Shown here: positions 24,111-36,077 of the stretch, piece after piece
Position numbering within the stretch: position 1 is the first letter of the stretch
Layout of the letters: every line of letters begins with the position of its first letter
Assembly (NCBI RefSeq): GCF_009834535.1
Contig: NC_045708.1
Span: forward strand, 52,948,001 to 53,012,000
Reading direction: 5' to 3'
Length of the DNA: 64,000 nt
Source: Camelus ferus
Lineage: Eukaryota
Notes under the pieces: generated by a model
Databases searched by the model: none
Told to the model about the DNA's origin: nothing
The model's input: only the letters and a program-made list of their open reading frames with translations
Position numbers and translations under genes: made by a program

Positions 24111-24640
24111 ATAAACATGCCTGTGCTTTCTATTGCTCATAGAATAAAATTCAAATTACTAATCGGGGCTTAAAGCCAAGACCTATATAATCTGACTCAT
24201 CCCTACCCATTCCAACTCATCCTGAACCTCTCACTTGCTTACTTCAAGGGGACTATCTTCTATTTTTCAAACAAGCTGAGCACCTTTCTGTTTTAGTCCT
24301 TCACACTGTCACATGATAGACTCATTTCCATGTTTACTCCAACGTCATCACCTCCTCACAGAAGACTTTACTAACCCCCTTACCTAAAGTAGCCCTCTGT
24401 TCCCCATCTCCCTCATCATCCAGTTATTCTCTCTGACTTTATTTGTCATAACATTACGTTATTTACTATACTCTTCTTTTTTACTTATTTTGGGTATGAT
24501 TGTTTCTTACTGATAGCTTATTTCCCCTACTAGAAGGTAAGCTTCATCAAGGCTTCATCAAGGGCCAGTGTATGCTACTCTAGTTCCAGTGTCTGGCGCA
24601 GTACTCAGCCCAGTGAGGTGCCCCAAAATAGAACTGTGTT
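24110..24640 (+). mobile_element. L2 LINE 3' end
   Basis: gaataaaattcaaattact...tttcccctactagaaggtaagcttcatcaagg...ttccagtgtctggcgcagtactcagc is the typical L2a terminus. Confidence 0.65.
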
Positions 24641-26389
24641 CATAAGAGAAAGAATAAATACTTCATAGGTTGTTGAGAATGTTAAATGTGTAGTGCCTGG
24701 CAGAAAATAAGTAAAGAATTAATATTGGCTATTATTATCATTACTAATGATACTAAGAAATGGTCTCTGCTTTTGTAAAGTTTGCAACCTAGAGAGGAAG
24801 ATACAGGTGTGTGATAAGCCAATTATAATCACAGTGCTGCATGAATGGGGCTTTTGTGATATGGGAACACGTAGATATGCTCAGGAAATATTTGTTGAAC
24901 TGCTGTTTGCACTTGAGTGTTCTTTAAAAGCATGGCCTAAGAATAAGCACAGCATGAGAATGGAGGGTGGAGCCCATGCCAAGCCTTCTAAATAGATCTA
25001 ATATTCCTTTACCTGTAGTGGTAACAATCTGCTGTCAAAGACAGAGTAATCCAGTGTAGGCAAGGGTATGTTATACATTTGTTGACTTTATCATCTGCTC
25101 CATCATAGTTACTGAATGTATAGCATACCCTGGTATAGATCATGTTTATGTTTTCATGACATTTTCCCTCCTCCCTAGTGCTGGCGTCAAAAAGGGATTT
25201 ATGAGGTGTAGCCCTTTCCAAGGCTTCTCTAATACTGCCCCAAATTAAATCCATTCTATGTGAAAGCAGGTCCCTGTTACAGAATTACAGCTTCGGACCA
25301 GTCCTCCAGCCTCGGGCTTCTAATCTGTTTGCTGCTCCTAATTCTCTCCCATGTACACATTTTGAGGCTGCCACTGTCCTCTTTACTTCCTTCCTCAGCC
25401 TGTGCCCTGTATTCGCTCTCCATAATTCCATAGGTTACATGTATACCTTCCCCAAATGTTCTATGTCTGCATTCCTTCTCCCTACACCAACTTTTGGTAA
25501 TTAGTTTTATATTTTCAGAAATATTTCTCCTGTTAGAAAATCTTCAGAGCACAGTTGTGAAGATAAGACTGACCTCTCAAATTTTATGATTAGAACCATA
25601 ATGTTTCCATGTTGATAAATTATAGATACAGCAAGGCAGTTTCTTTTCCCACCAGGATTTCTGTTTGGGTGTATTAAAACTGCCAAACAGTAAGAGAGAG
25701 ACAACATGATCTCTTTTTTCCCACATCAGGGATATACACTAGCAGGGGTTGAAATAAGAACATTAATTTTATTTTGAAATAAGGAAATACATAAAGCGAG
25801 ATCTTAACGTCAGATAGAAAATATATTACCATTAAGGATGGCTCTAGTGAGTCATTTTTACTTTCAGTTTGTTGATTTTGTAGATATATAAGTTCAAAGA
25901 TCAAATAATGCCCATCAAGTTTGATGAGACACTAATGGCAGTTACCCTTCTGGCAATACCATCACTGAACTTGTTAAAAGTGGCAAAGAATCTGCTATTG
26001 AATCTCTCTGAGGGCACAACAGGCCCCCATTAGGAAAGCAGGGAAAGGAGGGACTGTGCCTGGGCGAATGGATAATGATTACAACTGAGTCACTTTTAGA
26101 AGGAACAACACTGCCTCTTCAGATTATCAGACAATAGATTTCCCAGTGAGTAACATTTTCAGAGAATCACTCTGACCTAGCACTTTAAAAAGAAGCTTAA
26201 AAAAAAAATCCCACAAAAATGAGTGTGTGCTGCTGGAGGAAGACATTTCAGGTTGGTAGCAGTCATCCTTACAATAAACAACAACAATAATGTAACAACC
26301 ACAGCAGTACGTGGGTCAGTCAGCATGCGCATAATGGCAATGTAAAAACAGACACTATCAGAGAAAGTGAAGACCTGATGATGGTAACT

Positions 26390-26535
26390 AAGAATTATTT
26401 AGCACCTAAAGAATGTTTTTATGCTGATTTTTTTTTTATTCATACAACAAGCTAAAAAGAAAATAAGAAAGTGGCAGAGTTGAAGTTTAAAACAAAAGCA
26501 TTCTGGCTCCACGGCCCATGTTCTTAACTACTATA
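26390..26535 (-). mobile_element. MIR SINE fragment
   Basis: agtggcagagttgaagtttaaaacaaaagcattctggctccacggcccatgttcttaactactat. Confidence 0.55.
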
Positions 26536-27548
26536 CACACTACACTATTATACTGTTCTGTGTGATATAACATAACACAATACAACACCACCTCTCCCAC
26601 ACATGGTATTGTACTTGTCTGCGGACCTGTACTTATGTGTGGGTATCCTTCACCAGTTTGCAGCCTCCATCAGAATAGCGACTGGATCGTCTAGTTTACA
26701 CTGAGTTCCCAGAAGCCCTGTGCTAGGCACGCAGGTGTCCAAAAAATATTGACTGAACCAGTGTCAACCTGCAAAACTGAAACAAATTAGGCAATTTTGG
26801 CTTTAAATACTGAAAAAAGAAAGAAGTATAATACCATTGTGCACCTTTCCTTTGAAAAACTCGACTCCCCTTCCTTTTCTGCTATTATGTGCTGTAGCTT
26901 AAGAGAGCAAGCTCACCAAGGACATTACCAATGAGAGGCAGAAGGCGGTAGACTCACATGAGAAAAAGAAGAGAAAAAGTTTCTCAGAGTCTTTTACTAT
27001 AATGCCTATCAGTTTCTTAAAAGGCTTGGGATATAGCTGTGCATGGCAGAAGTTAGTTGTGAGGAAAGTCTCCCTGAATCCTGAAAATGTCTCTTATTTT
27101 AACTACAATTGTATTCATAAGAGTATAGTCGACTAGACGAAGACATGAAGTATAAATTGCTTTTGGATCTTAGTCCCCTTATTCTTTTCCTAAAGAAAAA
27201 GTTGTACAATACAGATTAGAACAGCAAACTGATGTTATTTGCAGGCTTTGTGTCGAAGATGCCACTGAGGGAGATCTAGGAGAAGCACATTATCACCCAA
27301 ACATTCCAAAATCTCACTAATCTGTGGGTATGAATGAGGTCAATTGTATCAATACTTGAGCTTTTCATTTCTAAGCTCATGCAAGAGTTTCAGTACCTTT
27401 CAGAGTCCCACTGTTCCACGAATATTTTTGGAAATCCTGAAGAGTTTCTTACCTAAGTTCATGAATTAATATAAGCTTCTATCATGTCTTTTCATTTGCA
27501 TTTCTGCTGCACTTAGGTCCCTGCTGATTCCATCCCAGTTCTGATGCT

Positions 27549-27761
27549 TTTTTTTTAATGTTTTAAAAAATTTTATTATTTTTTAACATTTGCTGAGCCC
27601 TGCTCTATTTTATTTTATTTTAAAAAATTTTTTGGAGGGGGGAGGTAATTAGGTTTGCTTTTTATATATATTTTTTAATGGAGGCACTGGGGATTGAACC
27701 TACGGCCTAATGCGTGCTAAGCATGCACTCTACCACTTGAGCTATACACCCCCCTACCCCA
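27549..27761 (-). mobile_element. vic-1-type camelid SINE (tRNA-Ala(AGC)-derived)
   Basis: Minus-strand head gtgtatagctcaagtggtagagtgcatgcttagcacgcattaggccgtaggttcaatccccagtgcctcca carries A and B boxes. It is followed by the cctaattacctcccccc tail and A-rich end. Perfect 15-bp TSD cccagttctgatgct at 27534-27548 and 27762-27776. Confidence 0.9.
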
Positions 27762-28457
27762 CCCAGTTCTGATGCTCTTAATCTTCATAGTGCTATAAAA
27801 TTTGGCAGTCTTCTGTGAGGGCAAAAAATACATATATAATGGTCAGTTGGATAGTTTTGGGGTTGTTAGAGACCTGAAATGTTAAGCTATTTAGAGAGAG
27901 GTTCACATTCTATTCACATTCATGACCCTGATCCTTTGTCTCTGTGGCGTGCATATTGCCACTGGGGTAGCCAGATTGGGATGACATTTTTTTTTTAACA
28001 GCCACCTCACTATATCTTTGCTGTCATCTAATCCTCAAACCCTGTTGTGAAATTGCCATTCCAGATTTTTTCTTCCCTTGGTATGAATTCGTTCTCAAGG
28101 TCTTTGCCAACTTTCTGTGCCATCTGGCAAACTTACTTTCTCCTTCTCCCAATCCAGTCCAGAAAAATTCTATGTATATAAATCTGAATTCTTCTCACCA
28201 TGGGGGTTGTGAATCAACCCCCATGTTCCAAATCAGTGGATATAAATAATGTGTAGGATGCCATCTAATTCCACATGACACTCATGTCTGACTCTGAGCC
28301 TTGGCCCAACTGTGACCTCATCATGTAAGATACATGTAAGGTTTTGTTTCTACGTCCCAAGATATGTCTATCAGTAACCAAGGTTTCCCTGGAGATTATA
28401 CTCACATATTCATTGGAATCCTCCTTTTCTTTGGAAATGGGGAGATGTATTGGAAAC

Positions 28458-28959
28458 TGTATTAGTCAGGGTTCTCCAGAGAAACAGAGCCAATAGGAAA
28501 TATATATGTATATTTCCAAATATATACATTTATTATAAGGAATTAGCTCATGCAATATGGAGCCCAAAAAGTCCCAAGATCTGCAATTAGCAAGCTGGAG
28601 ACCCAGGGGAACCAATGGTATAGTTCCAGACCAAATGTCAGCAGGCTCGAGACCCAGGCAGAGCAAATGTTTCAGTTTGAGTCTCAGTGCAGGAAAAAAC
28701 GGATGACCTAGCTTGAAGGCAGTCAGTTAGGAAGAGTTCCCTCCCACCCAAGGAGGGCCAGCCTTGTTATTCTGTTCATGCCTTCAGCTTATTGGGTGAA
28801 GCTCACCCACATTAGTGAGGGCAATCTGCTTAACTCAGTCTTCAGATTCACAAGTTTATCCCATTCAAAAATACTCTTACATGTATACCCAGAATAATGT
28901 TTGACCAAATATCTGGGCACCCCCGGCCCAGTTAAGTTGATACATAAAGTGAACCATCA
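28458..28959 (-). mobile_element. MLT2-type ERVL solo LTR (near full length)
   Basis: tgtattagtcagggttctccagagaaacagagccaatagg...gcaagctggagacccagg...ccagaataatgtttgaccaaatatctgggcacc...gttgatacataaagtgaaccatca. Confidence 0.85.
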
Positions 28960-29466
28960 AAGGGATCATATGCCCTGATCCCCATCCTCAAAAAATGTGT
29001 TTAGCTACTAAATAGTTCTAGGCCTGGGTAGAAGGTAAACAAGTCCCCAAAATGCTAGAAAAATGGAATCTTGGGCTTGGGAAAAAATGTAGAATGCACC
29101 TATATCATAGAATCTCTAATATTATAAACCAGAAATAGCCTCCCCAAAGAAGACATGAACAAAAACTCAGCCAAAAAGTATGGTCATCAACTGCCATCAA
29201 GTAAAGGGGAAGAGCACAATAACAAACACTGCAGAAGGGCAGCAGCTGTGGAAAGGCACGGGGACTCTGGAGTGGAACAGTACTGTCCCCATCACTGAGA
29301 AGCCCGTTGGGAATGTTAACTAAGTCCTGAGAATTCTCATGAATTCCCCCAACTCTAGAGAAAATGAAAATTAGTAGCATATGCTTGTGTTTTCCTTTCT
29401 CAAACTTGTTGGTTAATTGTATGAAATCCTAGAAATGAACAAGTGCTGATTTTCTCTGAAAGAAAT

Positions 29467-29900
29467 TGTGTTATTAAGGTCAAAATTAGGATATCAACGA
29501 CAGAAAATGGAAAGTAGATAGTTAAGATATACATGTATTGCTTTCACATTTAAATGTCCCAGTAGGTGGCCCTGGGCTGGCTTATGATGCTGTGTATTGT
29601 GGGTGACCTGAGGCTTCTTCTCCATTGGTGCACCACTGTTTGGTGTCCTGACTTCATGTAAAAGAAGATGACATTCACATTTGAAGCAGTAGGGTGGGGG
29701 AAAGAGTAAGCAAGCTGTCTCTTAAGGAAGGTTCCTGAAAGCTTTCACATACTTTTCCTTGCATCCCATCAGCCAGAAAACAGTAACTACACTCAACTGC
29801 AATGTAGTTTTTCTTCTGATTAGCAGTAAGCACACCTTAATATCTGGAGTTCTATTACTATGAAAAAAAGTATGGCTATTAGAGAAGCAATCCTAGTACT
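29467..29900 (-). mobile_element. Old MLT1 (J/K-type) MaLR LTR
   Basis: tcttaaggaaggttcctgaaagctttcacatacttttccttgcatcccatcagccagaa...ggagttctattactatgaa pattern. Confidence 0.5.
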
Positions 29901-30780
29901 GATTTTAAGGACCAGCCTGAAGCCTGAGGCTATTATCTAAGGGAATGGCATATTTTCCCACGATTAGGAGAATTGTGTGCACCAGTATAGGACATTTAAC
30001 AAATTCTAGAAGAGCAGGACCCAGGGATTATACAAGAGGCTTCAGATTAATTCATGCCAACTTTGATCTCTTCACTGCATCCTTTCTGCCATGTCCCCAG
30101 GTTGCAGAAAATGTACATGCAACACAAAACGCTATAACATCTTAAAATATAGAAAATTTTAAAGAGAAGGCAAACTGGTTTCTTATGTTAAGGGAAGGAA
30201 TCAGAAAGTCCCACTATAGGAGAGGAAATACATAAAATTAGAGAACTGGAATAAAACTGCTCAAGGATGAACAAATGAAAGAAATGGACTGACACAGCTG
30301 TCTAAGCTACTTAAATTTTTTTTTTAATTTACAATAAATAAGACAAAGCCTAACTTATTTTTTGTAAGATTCAACTATTACTTTATTTATATTACTTGCT
30401 TAAGTTAATGGGAAAGACAACTAAGCAGTTCTGTCCCATATCAGGAAAAGTCTCCAGTCAACACCAATTATGTGAAGACAAGTAACTAGGAATGTGACAT
30501 CTTTGCAAAACCTAACTTTGATGAAATGAAAATCCAAGGAACAGAAAGCTCTCTCTCCACAAGAAATTCATGCTATGGAACAACATGATATAATATAATT
30601 AAATAAAACAAGAAATCAAAGAGAAGACGACAGAACAGCTGAATGAGAGTAGAATAGAGGTTACATGCTAAAGGAAACAAAGGATCAAATTATATCATTT
30701 GGAACTACCAAAGATGCTGGACTAAAACTTAGGAAGTATCAGTTATTAATGATTTATATGTATTACAGTAAATGAATGCA
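29900..30780 (+). mobile_element. Possible ancient L1/HAL1 ORF1-region remnant
   Basis: A-rich purine-biased degenerate sequence reminiscent of L1M/HAL1 ORF1. No motif could be confirmed. Confidence 0.3.
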
Positions 30781-33359
30781 AATAATTCAGGGTCAGACCT
30801 CTGATTCTATTTCCATTTCAAACATGACAAAAATGTTCTGGGCCTTATGCATCATATATATTATCTGATTGAGGATTTTGTTATAGTTGTCCAGACAAAA
30901 ACATTTATTTTTTTCAGTAGACCAAATTTTTTTTTTTCTGTAAAAATCGTTGAAGACTGAAGAAACAAGTATAGAATGAAAGGAAATATCATGCAGTATT
31001 TGACATTTTCGAATTTGTTTTCTACCAATTCTGTGCAAAGGATAGCCTGCTACAATGCTGGTCTGAGATTTGGACCACAAACAAGAGCTCCACATGGTGA
31101 GGTTAATGCTCCGTACAGACCAGGGAGTTGGCAATTTACTCAGGCTTCCTAGTAGCATTTGCTCCACCTACAGGAACCTGTTGGTTTCCTTGAGATGGCT
31201 ACAAAAGTCAGGGAAGACACACGTTATAGCTCTGGGAAATGGTTGGTTTAAAATTTTCTCCTTGAATGAACTCTACTTATTTAAACTAAAACTTGGCTTG
31301 AAAAGGTATTTGTATTATGGCTGAGTCTGTTTGTCTATATTTCTTTAATTTATGCAGTATATGTTAACTACTTTTTTTCATGTAAAAATATTTTGACACT
31401 GCTTTTTCTTATTTCTTTGACTTCTTGAATAATTGGATCGTGAGGCAGAATCACATCTGCTTGCTGAGCTTCTAGCCTTTTATTTAGTATATAAATCCTT
31501 CAGTATTGGTGGTCACGTCTCTTGTTTCTGGACTCTTTAAACATTTTTTGCAAATCAGAATATTATTGTGGAGGTAATTTAGTCAGTTTTATTTTTAATG
31601 GTTAATTCTGGATAATCATTCATCTAGACATTCAAAAAATAAAGATACACGTTTAGACTAATCAAATTTAGACTTATTCCTGTTCCAAGAAGAAAACAAG
31701 ATTCTTATAGTTTTGAGCCAAGGCAGGTTATTCAACAAAATTGGATACACCTGACCTTCTCAGAAGCTCTATGATGTATTTTATCTGTTGCCAAAGGATG
31801 ATAAAAAAAAAAAGATGCAGTTTTTTTTTTATATAAAGGGGAGCATCATGTGAATTCAGAGATAACACTTCTTACCTGCTCTTAAATCTTCTTAAAATCT
31901 ACCTAAGACAGGTACATGAGGAAGAAGACATGTATTTGTGAACCCAGGAAATGGGTTTTGGAAGGTTTCATCTTTTCAATCAAATACATTTACAAGCTTT
32001 CTAAAATCAAATGTCACAACCTGGAAAGAACCCACCCCTGGAAATGAGTCCCTTTCGTTGTCATCGTCCAGTATATACATTACACTCCTTATTACCATCC
32101 TTTTCTGACAAAGCATCACTCAAATAGGCCATTTAAGTGACTGAAGACAAGATGAACACGTAGTTCAGTGAGGCTCTTGTTGACTAATCACTTCTCCACA
32201 CAGTTGATAAATCTTTATGGTTTTTTGAGCTGGTATTCCTGAAACATCTTATTAACAGTTACTATTAGGAAATGTTCACAGATACAATGGGAACATTATG
32301 CTTCTTGCTGTTACTAGTTTGATATCTGGCCTATAAGAAATACAGGAAAAAAAAAAAAGCAGAACAGCAGTGCAGATTTTTCTCAGGGTATATTGAAGCA
32401 GCCTTTGCAATAGCTGTGAGATTTTAAAAAGTATTTTCCAAGACATCTATCTCACACAGACAGGACCATTTTAAATTGGACTCATTAAATCATTTGTTGT
32501 CATAGCCAACAGCCATGTGGAGGCTAGTTAACAAATGAAAAATGAGCCTTTCTAACTTGTTTACTTTCTATGGATGCCTCTTTTATTTCAGTTCTTTTTT
32601 TTCCCCTTCTGGTAGCACATTGGCTTAGGGGATCTTGTTACAGTACTGCCTGACAAAAATTAAAAATGTGAAGGCTGGAAATACTATAGACATAATGTCC
32701 AAGTTGACATAAAGTACTGGTGGAGAGGTTCCCACTGATAGTGATACCTGGGCCTATCTTCTAGTTCAAGGAAAGGAACCAATTAAAACCTCATTTACTT
32801 TGTTCAAAAGGTAACACAGAATCACTTGAGAAACATAAACTTCTTGGCACAGGAAGAAAAAAATGATGATTCTAAATTCATCTCTGAGTTTTTCCTTCTA
32901 GCCCCCCTAGTCTGCCCGCTCAAGAATATTCTCAACAATGTAGACTAACGCATCTTTGTTCATTCACTCACTCAGTCATTCAGTTGTTCATCAGTCTGCT
33001 TCTAAATGCTAGTGGATGGAAGCTACCCTTTATAAGTTTGTTGGCAGGTAGTGTTTTTCTTTGCTATTTGGTGTAAGTTAATCTTCACTTAATTCCAGTT
33101 TATAAATTCCAGTTTTCTTCCTGTTGTAGGCCGATATTTTTGGATTTTTTTCATACTATTGCTGTCAGCGATGACCTAGAAGAACACGTCATCTTTTTGG
33201 GTTTTGTTTTATTTTTCATTCAGGCGTCATTTTTAAAGTTTCCTTACTTTCGTTTATTTCCTAATAGCTTTCACTGAATGTGTTGCCAAGTCTTAAGTGG
33301 AATGATGTTTTCTGATTAGTCCTGTGCAATGCTGTGTATCTTAGAGCTTGCAACAGGAA

Positions 33360-33530
33360 AATGTTAATGATGAAAAAGAACTTTGGGAATAGGCAGAACA
33401 AGGTTTGAATCTAACTTTCACCAGTTTTCTTATATGGGAAATGGGGATGATAAACCCTTTAGGAGTTAAACTTAAGATAAAATAAACATACATAAAGTTC
33501 TTTGCACATAGTATACACTCAATGCATGCC
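33360..33530 (+). mobile_element. MIR SINE fragment
   Basis: gaactttgggaataggcagaacaaggtttgaatctaactttcaccag...aaatggggatgataa...tgcacatagtatacactcaat. Confidence 0.55.
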
Positions 33531-34177
33531 CCATCTATTCAGAAAACTTCAGAAATATATATATCCTTTTGAATTGTCAAGTGGTATCTGATCTTCTGCC
33601 CGGTGTCTACCACTGTTCCTGTTAGCTCCTTAGCTTTCTCCTCTTTGATGAGTGATTAGGTTCAGCTAAATTTCATGCTAATGCTTGTATTTTAAAAACA
33701 GTTCAAATCAATTCTCAAGTTTTAATCAACTGAGATTTTTGAGGTAACTGATATTATTTGAGAATTGGGTCCTTACTGATATTTGCAACAAAATTCAATT
33801 TAGAGTTATCTACATTTCCATTAATATATACATATTTTATTTTCCAGCTCATTAATAATGTTAAATCAGCACAAACCTTACAACAACTCTAGAGATAGTA
33901 CTTAGAATATTCCTACAATTTAACTTATTCCTATTTATCATTGCTCTACTCGGTGGTCTGGCGGTCAGTTTGCTTTGAGATTGATATTGCCAAAAACACA
34001 TTTGAACTAATTCTTCAAGTTACTGCACTTTCTTCAAATTTCCCGTTAACTCATATGTTCCGTATTCTATTCTTTTAGTAGTTCCCCCATTTATCCAACA
34101 TTTTATCCTCCCTGACTTTCCCTGTTAATCGCACTTCCAAATTTGAGCTAGGTGTATTTCACCTGTAGTCTTGTAGT

Positions 34178-35040
34178 CATTCACTCAGTCAGTAAATTTG
34201 TACTGAACGCCTACCATGTGCCAGGCGTTCTTGGCACTGCCTGAGGAGAAAGCAAAGGACAAAATATAGTCCCTGACTTCTTGGAAGTTACATTTTAGTG
34301 GAAGGTGGAAAAAGGCCAGTGATCATTGTGTAAAAAAATAAATAAATAAATAATCTGCTTTGAAATAGTGATGAGTGCTGTAGAGAAAATCAACCATGGC
34401 AATGGGATAGGGACTTGGTAGAGTGGTGGTACGTGGGCAGTTATTTCAGCTAAGATAGTTAGGAAATGCTTACCAGAGGAGGGGAGACCAAACTAATGAG
34501 AAAGGAGGAATATTATAGACAGAAGAACAGCAAGTGAAAAGGCCCTTGTAATGGGAATGAGGTTGGCATTTCTGAGGCATGAAATGAAGGTTAGCGTGGC
34601 TGGGATGAGGTGGATAAGGGGGAACGTGGCAGGAACTGGTGTTGAGAAGGTAGGTAAGTGTCAGGTCATGTAGAGCCTGATCGGGTGTAGTAAGGTATTT
34701 AGATTTTTTCTTCCCTACAGGCAATGAAAAGACACTCAAGTATTTTAAGCAGCAGAGTGGCTTGATCTGATTCATGCTTTTGAGAAGATCATTTGGGCTA
34801 TTGTGTGGCACGTAGGCTGGGAATTGTGAGGTTGTAAGAGTGGGGACAAGGAGACTAGCCAGGAGACTACTGCAGTAGAAGAAATAATGGTGGCATAGAC
34901 TAGGTCTTTAAAGGACAGAGCTATGAGGAATGGTCGCATCTGGGAACGATGTGGGAGGCAGCACCACTGGGCTTGCTGATAGTTTGGCTGTGAGAAGTGT
35001 TGGAAAGAGTGGCACTCTGTTGGATTTAGCTACTGAGAGA
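34178..35040 (-). mobile_element. L2 LINE 3' portion
   Basis: cattcactcagtcagtaaatttgtactgaacgcctaccatgtgccaggc...gcagagtggcttgatctgattcatgcttttgagaagatcatttgggctattgtgtgg...gaccagccaggagactactgcagta-like antisense L2a. Confidence 0.8.
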
Positions 35041-35621
35041 TGAAACCTATGTAGCAATTGTCACGCAGTATTTAGCTGTCCCTTTATATCACTTTATTCT
35101 CTCCTGAAGAGCCTGGAAGCTCTTTGAAAATAGGACACTATTTTCTTTTTATTACTGTTTACTTACTATTTTATTGCAGTTAGGTTACCCTTCTTATTTA
35201 TCCTTGGATTACCAATACCATCACGTAGTTATTGTTCAGTAAGTATTTGTGGAATGAATGGAAGTCATGGAGGCAAATCTGAAATTCTTTGACTTGTCAG
35301 AATAATAGCTGCTGTGTTAAAAACTATTTACAGGGCAGGTAGTGTTGGCATAAGAATAAAGGGTATAACATTTTGGCAACACACTTTATAGAATGACATG
35401 ATTTACCAGATTCACACAAGCAAATTTATAGTTTAGAAACAAACTGGTAAGTTTACAGGTGAAAAGCAAGTATAAAACACACTTATGAATAGATCATAGA
35501 TACCTTCCTATCTGAATGCTTAGAAGTTTAAACATAGATGCAGATTCTCTTTAACTGCTTAAAAGAAAATATAACTACCTTAAGTCCCAAACTGTTATTT
35601 GTGATATTAAAGAGACATCTC

Positions 35622-36077
35622 TGTCAGTTAGAGCACTTTGGATACAGTTGACCTAAACCCCAAACCAAATAGTTTAGGCAGAGAATACTTACTGGCTCAT
35701 GAAACAGAAAAATCCAGGATAAAGACTAGCTCTAGAAATGGCTTAAACAGAGTTCAAATGATGTTACCAGAGGTTCCTTTCCCTTATTTTATAACTTTGT
35801 TCTTTACTCTTGCTTTAGCTTTATTCTCAAATGGTTACAAGAAGGCATCAATAACTCAGGACCTTATAACCTCTGATTTTCGGTGAGAAAGAGAGAGCTT
35901 TAACAGTGGAACAAATGTCTTAATTAAGTCTGGCTGTCCCTGGCTCAGTCTGGACCATGTGCCCAACTCTAAACCAATCTATATGGCGTAGGAGAAGTGG
36001 TTCTTCAAGGGAACTTGGGGTACTACTGGAAATAAGGGATAGAAAACGGCAGGCCGAAATATAACAGATGTTTACTA
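35622..36077 (-). mobile_element. Old MLT1 (J/K-type) MaLR LTR
   Basis: tgtcagttagagcactttggatacagttgac...actggctcatgaaacagaaaaatccagg...ggaccatgtgcccaactctaaaccaatc...cagatgtttacta. Confidence 0.6.

Noticed and set aside
27679-27754. tRNA-Ala(AGC)-like sequence on the minus strand
   Set aside because: It is the head of a TSD-flanked SINE with A-rich tail and stem-disrupting changes, not a tRNA gene. The same applies to 50411-50483.
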